Position numbers and translations under genes: made by a program. Positions 20,061-31,800 of a stretch of DNA of 64,000 bases are shown one piece after another; positions within the stretch are counted from its first letter, which is position 1, and every line of letters begins with the position of its first letter. The notes under the pieces were generated by a model that was not told the DNA's origin, ran no database searches, and was given only the letters and a program-made list of their open reading frames with translations. Where the stretch lies: NCBI GenBank assembly GCA_000165345.1, contig CM000431.1, positions 864,001 through 928,000 of the forward strand, given 5' to 3'.

Positions 20061-20665
20061 TATAGCTGAATCTTACTGAATGCCGTAATGTATGTATAAT
20101 AATTAGATACTTATAGAGTGATTCTGACTGGTTACATATAAGAAATAGTTGAATTAATCAATAATATAAGACGGTTGATTTTTAATTAGCTTTTAGTAAA
20201 AATGAATTTAAATGAAAATATTACGTAGTTTTAAAGTTGCAATAATAAATTAGTATACAAATATAAATTCACCTCATTAGTATTGGTGGCGATGAGAATA
20301 ATGCTGCTCAATTACACATGAACAATGATTTCGAATAAGCTAATTTCTTTCTTTATTTCCAGAAATGATTAAAGACAAAAGCTTGAAGCTTTGCAGAATT
20401 CTTTGTGAGAGAAATAATACTGTTAAAGTTTCGTGGAAATTCAAGAATATTGCAAATATTAAATACTACCAGCTTCGCATATAGTCACCCTTACAAGGAA
20501 TATTCCTTATGACTGTAATTAAATCTTGCGCTTTTAAGCAAACAATGACTTTCAGTAATAATTTATTTTATTTTTGTATGGATTTGAATCCACTTTGTAC
20601 CACAACTTATGTTTAGTTTAGAGTCATTTAACGCCGTGCAATTTTGACAATTTGAAATCGATCCT

Positions 20666-20705
20666 TGGCGCCCTCTGAAATAACTTGAGGCCACCATTTG
20701 GCGCC
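20666..20705. promoter_or_regulatory. pair of GGCGCC E2F-like sites (CCTTGGCGCCCTC and CATTTGGCGCCTAAA) in a divergent promoter
   Basis: They lie in the ~980-bp spacer between the start of the exchanger gene (20060, minus) and the start of the TRIP4-like gene (21038, plus). CCGCCATTT follows immediately. Confidence 0.45.
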
Positions 20706-21037
20706 TAAAGGGTAACCGCCATTTGACCTTTGAACTTCTAAAAGTAATATGTGAATGAATAAAAAAAAAGCATAGTGGTAATGGGGGGAACGAGAGTATT
20801 GTTTGTAGAGGATTGAAATTAATAAGAAAAACTTTTAAGCGTATTATGTAAAAACGAAAGAAGTGAAATTTAATTCATTCAATTGGAAATAATTTTTGTA
20901 AATATTATTTTATTGTATTTTAGTAGCTATTTATGTTGAGGTATTTAGACCTCTACTTTGAAGAGCTGGGTTGAAACAAAAAATAAAATGCAACATTAGA
21001 GAAATTTATCGAAGATTTTATTAGTAAAATACTAGAA

Positions 21038-22023
21038 ATGAGGTCTATCAGAATTTCTGATATTCAATTCCAACAAAAAAAAGGTAATAAGAAAAATAAA
21101 AAAAATAATATTTCAGGTTATGACAATAAAATAAGTGATTCAAATATTGGCGCCGATTCATCGGTATTAGTAGAATGTGGATGCTATGCGAAATTGCATG
21201 CAATTTATATTACATGCATACAATGTGGTAAGTTGCGAATAAAAATTTCTTAGGGAGAATGATTTAATGTGAATATGAGGTGGAGAGAGGTAATAAGTCA
21301 GAAATAATATCAAATTAATTAAAATTGTAATTTTTAGGAAGGATTTCATGTGAATTAGAGAAGGATATTATTGAGTTAAATAATGAATGTATATTTTGTA
21401 AATCCAAGTTAGTTAAAGATGAGAGTGGAGATTTTATTTCAGAAGGAAACAATGAGGATGAGGAAATAGCTCATTATTTTCAAGCATTAGAGAGGAGAGA
21501 TAGATTATTAGAGTATGCAAAAAATTCTACAAGTAGAACACGGGTAATTGATGAAGAAACTGACTGGTTTTCAGAATTTGAAAACCCTTGGAATACTAAA
21601 GATGAAAGACTTTTAGCATTGAAAATGTCGAAAGAATGCGCCGAAAGTGCAGCAAAAAGTAGGTTTTCAAAATATATTTTTGTGATTAGAATTTAATACA
21701 TTATTATAGGGAAAACAATGATAAATATAGATATTGAAAACAAGCAGATTACAATGGATGAAGGTTATAATACAAGGAATGCCTTGCATTATGCAAAATT
21801 ATTAGAAGAATTTGAACATAGAAGAGAAAAAAAGACTGATATAAGTACTGGAAAAACTGAAACAAATGTCGAGAATGTATTAAGTATGTTGGGACAAAGA
21901 CTAAGATTTGAAGAAGAATCCAAAATTGAGGGTAGCTTTAAATTACCTAATAAAGATACTATAATAAATGAGTTTTTGCCTTTATCAGTGAATGATCCAG
22001 TTTGGTCAGATCAGGATGATTAA
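21038..22023 (+). CDS. ASC-1/TRIP4-type zf-C2HC5 zinc-finger protein; three exons (21038..21227, 21338..21658, 21710..22023)
   Basis: Exon 1 ends ...VECGCYAKLHAIYITCIQCG at a GTAAGT donor (21228). The acceptor is TTTTTAG at 21337. The spliced junction reads CIQCG|RISCELEKDIIELNNECIFCKSKLV, which is the C2HC5 finger of TRIP4. The downstream TSRTRVIDEETDWF matches the TRIP4 TSIRRTQVIDDESDYF. The second intron runs 21659..21709 (GTAGGT...TATAG). Phases are consistent (1/1), joining to the listed ORF 21718..22023. No ASCH domain is present. Confidence 0.75.
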
Positions 22024-22402
22024 GAATATGAGAGAAGAGTACCGAATAAATATTTGATAAATTCTGAATTATGCACTAAAAATAGGCAAAAACAAATAAT
22101 GGTGATTTAGAATTGGATTTGTAAGTTGGTGTGGCATTTTGGTGTGGAATTTTTGAAAAAAAAAATTACTAAGTTTTTTTTTTCTTTTTCTCCCAGAATT
22201 CAAGGAAAGGGAAATGGATTTTTCTTTCAAATTTAAGAAACATTACTCTTGGAAATAAAAATTGCTTGAAATAATAAGATATTCAAATTTTGAGATTTTT
22301 ATTTATATTCAACAATCTGAGTTGAATTTGACAAGTATTTATTTCATTAACTATTAAGAAGTGAATAAGATAAAGTAAAATTATAGGAATATTTGAAGAG
22401 TA

Positions 22403-25400
22403 ATGATGTGGCTTTTTCGTACATTATTATTTTTATTATCATTATTATGTTTGGGAGTTACAACGGTTTTTGGTGACTTGGAAGAAAATTCAAAAGCAAC
22501 TAATGGAAATGAAACACTTGAAGATTTGGCAAAGAAGCTTTTGGGAAAATTTGAGTCAATGGAATATCCTGGAATGCAGAATATTACGGATCCATTAACA
22601 AAAATAGTTTATGGACCATTTTTTTATGAGATTAACAATGTATCGCTACCTTTAAATATTACATCTTTGACAGGAGGAGCCTTTAATCCTCCAAGTAGTC
22701 ACGAATCAGCACAATATTACTATGAAAGTTTTGTGACTGAGCCATTTACTCCAGATCAGAGTGATGCTATTGCGTCATTTGAGGCAAGAAAAGTTATTAG
22801 GGGAGGAGTTGGAGCCCCAAATGGAACATATGTATTTTTCCAAGAAGAAATTCAATTACTTCCAAATTCAAGTTCTGGTGGAACTAATGGAGGTATTGGG
22901 GGAGGAAATAATGGAAATAATGGAAATAACAATGGAAATACAATACCAAATATTAAGCTTCCAGAAGGAAGTTTTGCTGTGAATGGAACAAGACTTCCAG
23001 TAGGAACAACAAGTTTTGGCCCAGTAACTTTCCCAAATGGAGCAATTTTGCCTTTGGGGGCTTTACTTCCAAATGGAACACTTTTACAGGCTGGAACAAA
23101 GTTGGGTCAAATGACCACTCTTCCAGGAGGAACTTTATTTCCAGGAGGTGCAACATTTCTGGAAGATTCTTCTTATAAACCAGTTTTGACTTTAAATATG
23201 AATTGTAACTTCATTGGGTCTCAGACATATGGATATAGATGTTCAAATAAAGCAGAATTAAAACCGGAAGCTTCATGTTGTATTACAAATACGCTATGTT
23301 ATTCAGTATCAGGATTTAGCAATATGACATCAGTGTCAATACCAGCAGGAGGAATCCTTCCATCAGGATCAAATCTTCCAAATAATTCCTTACTTTTGGG
23401 GCCATTAACTATTTCTACTAATACTATTTTTGGAGGAGGAGCTATATTACCGAATGGTGAAATAATTTCCCCAAATACTACAGTTCCATACGGAACAATA
23501 CTCCCGACTGGTACATTTATTGCTGATACTATTTATTTAGAGACCGGTTGTGTTTTAATGGGAGGACTAATAGCTTTTGGTTCATCTCCATTCATGATTA
23601 ATCTTCCAGCTGGGAGTAAACTAGGTCTTGGAACTTCGCTTGGAGGCGGAGCAATACTTAAGGGAATTTCATATTTAACTGGTGGAGCAATTTTCCCAAA
23701 TGGTACAATATTACAGCCAGGTACTATACTTCAGCCTCCATTGCATCCGGATAATGTAATAACAGAAACTTCCCTACTATTTAATTATCATTTGGGTATT
23801 CAGGATAATTTATCTTCTTGGGTATTACCTTCAGGAACTTTACTTCCAGGAGGGTTCTCAAATAGAGTTGCATTAGCAGTTTTGCAAGGAGGTTTTTACC
23901 AATTTAACGCACCTTTTGGTTATAAGAATGCTGTTTACAAATCTTCGATTGATAATCAGCAAGAGAAGAACGCAGGATTTTCTTCAGTTTCTAACATCTT
24001 TAATGATTTATCCACAAATCAGAACAATTTACATCCTTACTTTGATGATAATAGTGATTTATATGGTACAACTACAACATACTCATCCAATTCTAATTAT
24101 GGTTCTCAATCAGGCTCTTCAAATCTCATTGGATTTAGAGTATTAAATTATCAGATACCATCCTCAAGCAGTTATATGGAATTACCTCAACAAATGCTTT
24201 TAATAGATAATGCGTATTTCCCAAATGGTTTAAGTTCTAATGGCCCAATTCTTTTTTCTAATGGTACAATACTTCCAAGTCCTGTTATAATTAAGTCAAG
24301 TGTAACACTTCCACCTGGTACTTTTATTTTTGGAGCGTTATTAACTCCAAATGTTCAACTTGGAGGTCCATCTTTAGTTTTAGGTACTGCTGTTTTACCT
24401 CCATCTATCAGATTAAGTTCATCAACTTCTTTGCCATCAAAAGCTATTCTCCCTGGTGGAGCTTTCCTTCCTTTAGGAGGTGTTTTAACTGGTGATATTC
24501 TTTATCCATCAGGAAAAACTATTCAATCTGGAACATCTTTACCTTCTAACTCGTATATTAAACCAAATGCTTTACTTACTAATGGATTAGTTTTACCAGG
24601 AGGTGGAATTTTCCCTGGTGGAATTCTTATTCCAAACGGACAATTTGTACAACCAATGTCTGTACCACCTGGTACAATGTTCCCACCTACATCTACTTTA
24701 CTTGGTACTATACATATGACAAAAGGAGGAGCTTTATTACCAGGTGGAGCAGTCTTTTCAGGAAATAGTACTGTTCCTTCTGGTTCTCAGTTATTAATTG
24801 GAGCTGTATTATCGCAAGGGACTATTTTACCAGGAGGTATTGTATTTCAATCTGAAACAATAATTAGTGGAGGAATTCAAATTTCTCCATTAAATTCTCT
24901 CTCAGATTTGGACATTAATCAAGATGATTTTAATCCTGATAACTACCCTCCATTCTTCCCTCAAGATCCAAGTAATCCAGGTGGTAATAGCCCAAACAAC
25001 AATACTTATATAACAGCTCAAGTTAATATTACTAATTTCTACTATAAGGATCAATCTCAAGACTCTTTTTCATTCTTCAAAAACTTATTCTCTTCAAGTC
25101 TAGCTCTATCAATGGGGTTTGAGACTAATTCTATTCTAATCAATTCTTTATCTCCAGCAGAAAACCCTTATAATATTTCAGGCTATGATGGATCTTTTCT
25201 GTCTACATCTTTATCAAGTCCAAGCTCTTTCTCTTATTTAGATAACTTCTATTCATCAGATCAAAAAGGAATATCTGTTACATTTGAAATACACCCCAAA
25301 CTTGAAAACTCTTCTCTAGAAGATATTATTGAGGTTTTATTGAATAATGTCATTCAAAATCCTTCAAGTTCTTTCAATCGTATCTTCTCTTGGGTTGGAT

Positions 25401-25750
25401 TTATGATTCTTGCTGACAAGTCACCCAATTTCTGGACTAGACATCTTAGAGGTGGAAATAGAAAGATTATCAAGATTCCATATTTGGCAAATATTACTGA
25501 TTTCTCAACAATTCAAAACGCCTTTGATGGAAATGAGATCCATAACTTACTAGGAATTATTCAGAGTCGAAACCATAATGAATCATCTGTACTTATTGAT
25601 CATATAGATGCTGATAAGAATGTTGAAAATGTATCATTATGGGGGAATTCATTCAAAGAGAAAACCCAATATCAAAGTCAAGAACAGAATCAAAACCAAT
25701 ACCTATATCAGGAACAAAGTCAATATCAAAACCAATTAGGGTATATGTAA
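22403..25750 (+). CDS. secreted, heavily N-glycosylated Gly/Pro/Leu-rich degenerate-repeat protein, 1115 aa
   Basis: Signal peptide MMWLFRTLLFLLSLLCLGVTTVFG. There are dozens of degenerate ~10-12 aa units of the form (L/I)P.G..L.PG..., such as LPNGTLLQAGTKLGQMTTLPGGTLFPGGATF. NxS/T sequons are very frequent. There is no hydrophobic C-terminal tail, so it is not obviously GPI-anchored. The C-terminus is Gln-rich. Confidence 0.7.
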   Translation: MMWLFRTLLFLLSLLCLGVTTVFGDLEENSKATNGNETLEDLAKKLLGKFESMEYPGMQNITDPLTKIVYGPFFYEINNVSLPLNITSLTGGAFNPPSSHESAQYYYESFVTEPFTPDQSDAIASFEARKVIRGGVGAPNGTYVFFQEEIQLLPNSSSGGTNGGIGGGNNGNNGNNNGNTIPNIKLPEGSFAVNGTRLPVGTTSFGPVTFPNGAILPLGALLPNGTLLQAGTKLGQMTTLPGGTLFPGGATFLEDSSYKPVLTLNMNCNFIGSQTYGYRCSNKAELKPEASCCITNTLCYSVSGFSNMTSVSIPAGGILPSGSNLPNNSLLLGPLTISTNTIFGGGAILPNGEIISPNTTVPYGTILPTGTFIADTIYLETGCVLMGGLIAFGSSPFMINLPAGSKLGLGTSLGGGAILKGISYLTGGAIFPNGTILQPGTILQPPLHPDNVITETSLLFNYHLGIQDNLSSWVLPSGTLLPGGFSNRVALAVLQGGFYQFNAPFGYKNAVYKSSIDNQQEKNAGFSSVSNIFNDLSTNQNNLHPYFDDNSDLYGTTTTYSSNSNYGSQSGSSNLIGFRVLNYQIPSSSSYMELPQQMLLIDNAYFPNGLSSNGPILFSNGTILPSPVIIKSSVTLPPGTFIFGALLTPNVQLGGPSLVLGTAVLPPSIRLSSSTSLPSKAILPGGAFLPLGGVLTGDILYPSGKTIQSGTSLPSNSYIKPNALLTNGLVLPGGGIFPGGILIPNGQFVQPMSVPPGTMFPPTSTLLGTIHMTKGGALLPGGAVFSGNSTVPSGSQLLIGAVLSQGTILPGGIVFQSETIISGGIQISPLNSLSDLDINQDDFNPDNYPPFFPQDPSNPGGNSPNNNTYITAQVNITNFYYKDQSQDSFSFFKNLFSSSLALSMGFETNSILINSLSPAENPYNISGYDGSFLSTSLSSPSSFSYLDNFYSSDQKGISVTFEIHPKLENSSLEDIIEVLLNNVIQNPSSSFNRIFSWVGFMILADKSPNFWTRHLRGGNRKIIKIPYLANITDFSTIQNAFDGNEIHNLLGIIQSRNHNESSVLIDHIDADKNVENVSLWGNSFKEKTQYQSQEQNQNQYLYQEQSQYQNQLGYM

Positions 25751-26114
25751 TCTGAGAATAATTCACCAAGCCTAATCTCCAGCTTCAATGAATTAAGGCT
25801 TTAAAAAAGGGGAAATACGACTAATTCTTGTCCTAAATACAACCAAAATCCAGAAACAAATATTTCTTTTTTTTTTTGGATTCTAAAGATTAAATTCCAT
25901 CAAGAAAACAAATTCATTCAAATATAATAACTTAATGTACCAATTTCACATTATTATTATTATCACTCTAATCGCATTAATTCTACTCAAGACAACAATA
26001 GTCTCTAATTGTTTATTTCTTTTCAATATTTGTGAACTTATTAATTTCTATATTTCAATCCCTATAATAAAATATCCTTCTCCTTAATCATTAAGTTATT
26101 AAAGAGATAGATAT

Positions 26115-27932
26115 TTAAAGTTGTAGTCTCCTAAACATTAATATAACAACAATTCCTGCAAAAACGCATAATGTAATCATTGTGTAAGCCATAAACCAAA
26201 ATATATCAACATTCTTTTCCAATCCACTTTGAATATTCATTCCAAAAATTGAAGCAATAGCTGAAACAAATCCAACACATACTCCAACAATATCTAAGCT
26301 GATTTCACCTTTGAGAAAGTTGTTTCTTATTGTAGCCAAGTGAATCTGCATGACTTCAATTGCATCATCCAATTGAGCATTTAAACGATTCACTGTTCGG
26401 ATTAATCCCTCAACTTCTTGTTCATAACATTCTAAAAGTATCTCAGAATCAAAGAATGTTGATTCTAAGATAGCTTTATTATCCCAATTTTCAGGATTAT
26501 TCCAGAACTTAGAGATTTCTATCCTAATTAACAAATCATCATCGTCCAAGATCTCTTTAATAGCTTCATATACACCTTTAATTCTATCTCTAAGAGAATC
26601 AAGACGTTTTCTTAAGTCATTAATCTCATATACTTTTTGGGTTGAAGTTGGATTATTTTCAATATGAAGAAGAAAATCTTGAGCTGTATCATCTATTATA
26701 TAGTAACTATCCCAAAGTTGCTTGCATACTTCAATCAAACAAATTTCCAAAGCATTAAGTTCTAAAGATGCTTTATGTTGATATTCATTATGTTTTGTAG
26801 TTCCACTAGGAGGTATTTCTAATAGATTTAACTTTACAGGACTACAATGATTTGATTTATGTAAACTTTCAGGCTTAGTTTTGGTTTCAGGTTTTAAATA
26901 TTCTGGTGCAGATACTGTGATATTATAAAGATCTTTAATCGGAGCTTTTGCTTCAATATTACTTCTAAGTTCACTATTCAAAGTATTTTGTTTTAATTCT
27001 TCACTAATAATGGCTTCTTCTACATTAATTTTACGTGTAATAAATATTAGCTTTTCTATAATTGAGAGATCTCTAGGATTCGAATCTTTAATATATCTTT
27101 GAGTCTTCGTTTTAGATTTTAAATGAAATCCAATTAGTTTTGAATTGGACATATCAATCTTTTTATTAATTCCATGACTTAAAAGTTGTGGTTCAGTTTC
27201 TGTTTCTATTTCAAAGGTTTCACTTTCATCACGTCCTGGAGAAAATACAATAGGACTAACTGGAAGATAATAAACCTTATCATGTAGTATTAAACATCTA
27301 ACACCTGGCATATTAACTAATATACAATTTCTTCTAATCTCAATGGATGGTCTTTCAAAACTATGTAAACCAACAACTTGACGAAGATCTCTTAGTGTAA
27401 GAGCTCCTGATGCTCTTTCTTCAAGAATTTGTCTTTCATTATGCATATGTACCTTCCTAAGAAGTTCAGCTGTCTGCATATATTTTTGAGAGATTTTTCC
27501 ATCTTTAATACAAACAACAGGTATCTTTCTTTGTTTTTGTGAATATTTTTCAACCCAATGTTGTATTCTTCTATTACCAGAACCTTCAAGATAAGAGGAG
27601 CCAATAGTGTGGATTTTTGAGGATGAACCAAAGTACCTTGAACTAAGATCTTTACTATGGTTTTCTTTTTCTTTAAAATGCTGATTGCTACCTTGTAACT
27701 CTTTTTTCATTTCTAATTCCATATTAACAATTTCATACTCTTTCTTCTTTTTCCTTCTATTTGGGATTCTACTATTCAGAATCCTTCCATATTCCTCTCC
27801 TTCCATATCAATATCTACCTCATTATCTTCTGGTATATACTCATCTTCTTCATAGTTTTTTGAGGAATATCCTGGTGATATTTGGATATATTCCTGATCT
27901 CCATAGAGATATTCACTACTATTATAGCTCAT
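26115..27932 (-). CDS. CorA/Mrs2/Alr-family magnesium transporter, 605 aa
   Basis: The C-terminus has two TM helices bracketing the family-defining GMN motif (...VSAIASIFGMNIQSGLE...FWFMAYTMITLCVFAGIVVILMF). The N-terminal region is large, soluble and acidic. Confidence 0.75.
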   Translation of the reverse strand: MSYNSSEYLYGDQEYIQISPGYSSKNYEEDEYIPEDNEVDIDMEGEEYGRILNSRIPNRRKKKKEYEIVNMELEMKKELQGSNQHFKEKENHSKDLSSRYFGSSSKIHTIGSSYLEGSGNRRIQHWVEKYSQKQRKIPVVCIKDGKISQKYMQTAELLRKVHMHNERQILEERASGALTLRDLRQVVGLHSFERPSIEIRRNCILVNMPGVRCLILHDKVYYLPVSPIVFSPGRDESETFEIETETEPQLLSHGINKKIDMSNSKLIGFHLKSKTKTQRYIKDSNPRDLSIIEKLIFITRKINVEEAIISEELKQNTLNSELRSNIEAKAPIKDLYNITVSAPEYLKPETKTKPESLHKSNHCSPVKLNLLEIPPSGTTKHNEYQHKASLELNALEICLIEVCKQLWDSYYIIDDTAQDFLLHIENNPTSTQKVYEINDLRKRLDSLRDRIKGVYEAIKEILDDDDLLIRIEISKFWNNPENWDNKAILESTFFDSEILLECYEQEVEGLIRTVNRLNAQLDDAIEVMQIHLATIRNNFLKGEISLDIVGVCVGFVSAIASIFGMNIQSGLEKNVDIFWFMAYTMITLCVFAGIVVILMFRRLQL

Positions 27933-28349
27933 TTTTATTTGTGTTTGCTTTTCTTTAATAATTTCCTTTTTAGTTCTGTATTTTTCATCATCAATTAATC
28001 GAAACTATTAATAATTAAAACAGCAAATAGAAGTTGATTAATAATTAGAGATGATTAGAAATCAAAAGAAATCTTAAATTCCGAATGATAATATATCTAG
28101 ATTTTTTTCAAGTTTTCCATTTCAGTAATTATTTTCTTTTATTTTTCTACCAGATAGTTAAAATAAAGAAAAAGGAATTAACCCCTTCTCTCACATTAAG
28201 ATTCACTCTTTGTCTTATAAACTTATAATTCTATTTAACTAATTTTTCATTATTATTTTTTCATACATGCTTACGATCTTTTTTCCCTCGCTTTAACCCC
28301 ACTTTTTAGATCAATTTCAAACAATACTCTTATTATTCGGTACCGTTAA

Positions 28350-28368
28350 GGCGCCAAAAATGGGCGCC
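28350..28368. promoter_or_regulatory. tandem pair of GGCGCCAAA E2F-like sites (AAGGCGCCAAAAATGGGCGCCAAACG) in a divergent promoter
   Basis: Located between the start of the CorA-like gene (27932, minus) and the start of the SAC3/GANP gene (28814, plus). Confidence 0.45.
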
Positions 28369-28813
28369 AAACGACTTGGTACAAAATTTAAGATGGTATT
28401 TATCAAAGGAAGATGTAATACAAAGAGCGGTTGAGGGGAGGTATGGAAATGAGTGAATAAATTAGGAAAAAAAAATTAATAATAATAACAATAATAATAA
28501 AGAATAGGAAGTTTCACAGTAAAGGGAGAGGTAGATTAAAAGTAAATAGGAGGAATTCTCTCTAAAGAAGGAAAGAAGTACAAATATTTAATGTAAACAG
28601 AGTTACTCTAGATTTTTTTTTTCCTACTTATAGCACAAGCATAATTGTGCAAAAGGAGATAGTGATATAAATATTTAAATGTATTCACATTTTTATAAAT
28701 AAGAAAGTTAAAGGACCTAATAAATCAGAAAAAAAGAAAGAAAGTGAGCGAAATTGAACGTATAATGGAAGACAAAGTAATTGAGTATAGGTTTTAAGGA
28801 CAAATATAAAATT

Positions 28814-31800
28814 ATGGCAGATAGCTTTGGGGGTAAAAATAAGGCAGGAAGAGAGTTTATTTATAATGTGAGAGATGAATTAAAGCCACCAATAGAAAAT
28901 GCATATTCGAATTACCATCCACTATTAAGAAGGGAAATATTTGAAGATCAGAGAAATGATCTTGCAAGATTGTATTTCAGGATTCAAGATCCTATACAAT
29001 TGTCTTCTTCTGGTCAGAATGAAGGAGCTCAGAATGTTTTTGTGGGTGAATTATTTGGAATGTGTACAAGAGAGGAAATGATCAATAAACAACAGACTTC
29101 TACAGCTAATGATTTTGAGAGACTTTCTGGAGTCACTTTGAATGATGATTTAGAAGCTAGAATAGTGAATGAGTTTCTTACAATGAAAAGCTTTCAAAGA
29201 TCTGATGCATCCAGGGTCTTTCACAAAGAACTAGTCAGACCAGTAGTTTGGTGCAGAATGGTTGTAAGAAGATTATTAGTTTATTTCATTGAAGCTGATA
29301 GAATTTTTCTCAATTATTTATATAGAAAACCACAAGGGCAAGGATATAAGTACATTGATATATATAACTTTCTTAGAGATAGACTAAGAGCAGTTTGGCA
29401 AGATTTAACAGTACAACATGCTACACGACATAGAGCAAGTATTGATAGTTTTGAGGTATCATTTAGATTTCTATTATTTTCTGAGGAGTATTTATGTAAT
29501 TTGAAAGAATTTAACTCAGTACAGAATGGTTCTTTAATGTCAACTTGTTTGGACAAGCTTATGTCGGGATATTTGGATGTTTTATATTATAGAAAGAAGA
29601 GTAGTAGTTATTTATGTGACTCTGAACTTTCCAGAATATTGGTTTATGATTCTCCTTTTCAACCAGAATTCTGGTCTTATCGTATCTTGACCAGTATGAG
29701 CATTAAGATTAAGGATGCAAATGATAACAGAATTATGGATATAATTAATTTAATTTCTCCAGAAATGATTGAACACCCTCTAATTAAGCTTTCACTTGGA
29801 ATTCATTGCTCTTTTAGATTTGTAAACATTGTTAGATATTTTAGATACTTCAGAAAGTGTTTTGGTATCATTTCTAATTTAATTAAAGATGAAAATAATT
29901 CTATTGAATCTTTTCAAAATAAAGATGGCCAAGATCCAGAGCAATATAGACAGTTTGGTCATGCTTTGATTCTTATTTGTATATTAATTAAAAAATATTC
30001 AAATATCATTCGTCTCAAATATTTAAATATATTGTTATCATCTAACATGAGTAAACGCCAACTTATGCCTTTAAATAGCTTCATTGAGATATTTGGGTTC
30101 TACATAGAATCTATTGAATCACTGAAACTATTTACTGAGAGATTTGATATTAAGATCTTTAACAAGGATAATCCTAATGTCTTTCTTTTTCAAGGAAGCA
30201 ATATTGGACAGTTTCAATCAATTCAGCAGATTTGCAATCTCACCACAAAATTTGTGGTATCATTTAAAGACTGTATAAATTTCTCAACAATGGAATCATT
30301 AAGTATTTTAAACTCCCTAAACTGGCCTTCTGAGATTCTGACTTCTCTTTTGGAAAAGATCCCCAGAATTGACATTCTAGACCCTATTTTAGGGAAAATT
30401 TCAAAAGTTGACTTTAAAAACAAGACTCACACAGAAGATTTAAACAAAAACAAGATCGCTGATTCAAATTCAAATCAGTTTTCCTTTACTTCTCTTTCAT
30501 CAAGCAATAGGGATGTAATTAATAACAATTATAAGAATAATAATCTTTCCAACACTTTAATTCAAAACTTAAAAGAAATAGATATCAACAAAGCTACAGC
30601 ATATCGTAATTTTATCACAAACTCAACCAAACAAAACAAAAGAAAAGGATTCTTCATGGAAGAAGAGGTACCTTCCATTTTCTCAAATCCAAACATTACT
30701 TACGATGTACACACAGACTCTACTTCTAACATGAATACCAATAGTAGCAATAAACGAAGGTCTATTACTGAAAATATCACTCTTCTCTCTGAAAATACGA
30801 CAAACAAGCCATATAATCTACAAACAAAAAACAAATTAGCTAATTTTCAGATAGATTCACCCAAATTTCCCTTCCAAACTACCAATTCTCATAATTTATT
30901 AAATAACTTAATTCCAAATGAGCGCCAAACTCCAGACCCTGGGCATTGCGCGCCAATAGGTCATGAATTAACAGAAATTAAAGAAACTGAAGAAAGAAAA
31001 CAGAGTGAGAAGGATGATGTATATGATTACAAGAAAGAAGTTGTGAATGTAGTAGAATCTATTCCAAAGGATTATTTGGATTTAAGTGTTCAGAAGAATG
31101 GTCAGGTATTGAAATTTGGGAAGGAGATTTCTGTGAATTATGTGGGGGAAGGCGATCTTGGGAAAACTGAAGCTAATATTTTGGGATTAGAAAACCAAAT
31201 AATAGAGGATGGACTTGTTGGTTTGAGCGGATGGAAACGTTTTAGAGTATTCTTTAATAAATATCAAGGCTCAGAAATGGAGTTAAAGGAAGAAGTTGAG
31301 AATGATAGAATACTTGAGAATGATAAAGAAAGCCAAAAACGTATTAATATACTTTTATCCAGGATAAATCTTCCAGAAAATGAAAATGGAATTAATCAGT
31401 GGTTAAATTTATCAGTTTCTGGAATTTTGGAGCAGATTAAAACTGATATTATTTCAAGAGTGATTAAATCTTTAAAATTTAGCTTTGTATTTTTTTATAA
31501 TCAATTACTGAATATAGAAGGCGTATCGAGATCCCATATAAGCCAATTGAATACATTTTACACCAAATTGGAGCTAATACTTTCAAATTTGACAAATGGG
31601 GATTTCTTGGATAAAAAAACAGTTCAGACTACTGACCAATTGAAAACTACAGAAAATCATGATTATGTTTTTCCATGGAATTCTGTAATGGTTAAATCTG
31701 AAATATTATCAGGTAGTAAAAAAGAAAAAGATCAAATGATTATAGATATTTACGAAATTGACTTTTCTCATGAGAATTTTGAAAGATTTCAAGGAAATAA

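Noticed and set aside
22761-23156. Overlapping ORFs 22761..22982(+) and 22953..23156(-) inside the secreted repeat protein gene, plus 23916..24146(+)
   Set aside because: They are alternative-frame or antisense readings of the repetitive GGA/GAA/CCA-rich coding sequence of the 1115-aa gene. Their composition (EELEPQMEHMYF...) is an artefact of the repeat.
30921-30960. GC-rich GCGCCAAA / GCGCGCCAAT motifs resembling the promoter E2F element
   Set aside because: They lie inside the SAC3/GANP coding sequence (encoding ...NERQTPDPGHCAPIGH...). Similar copies at 47190..47235 lie inside the 3' end of the 1547-aa ORF. Without a positional argument I treat these as coding coincidence rather than regulatory sites.
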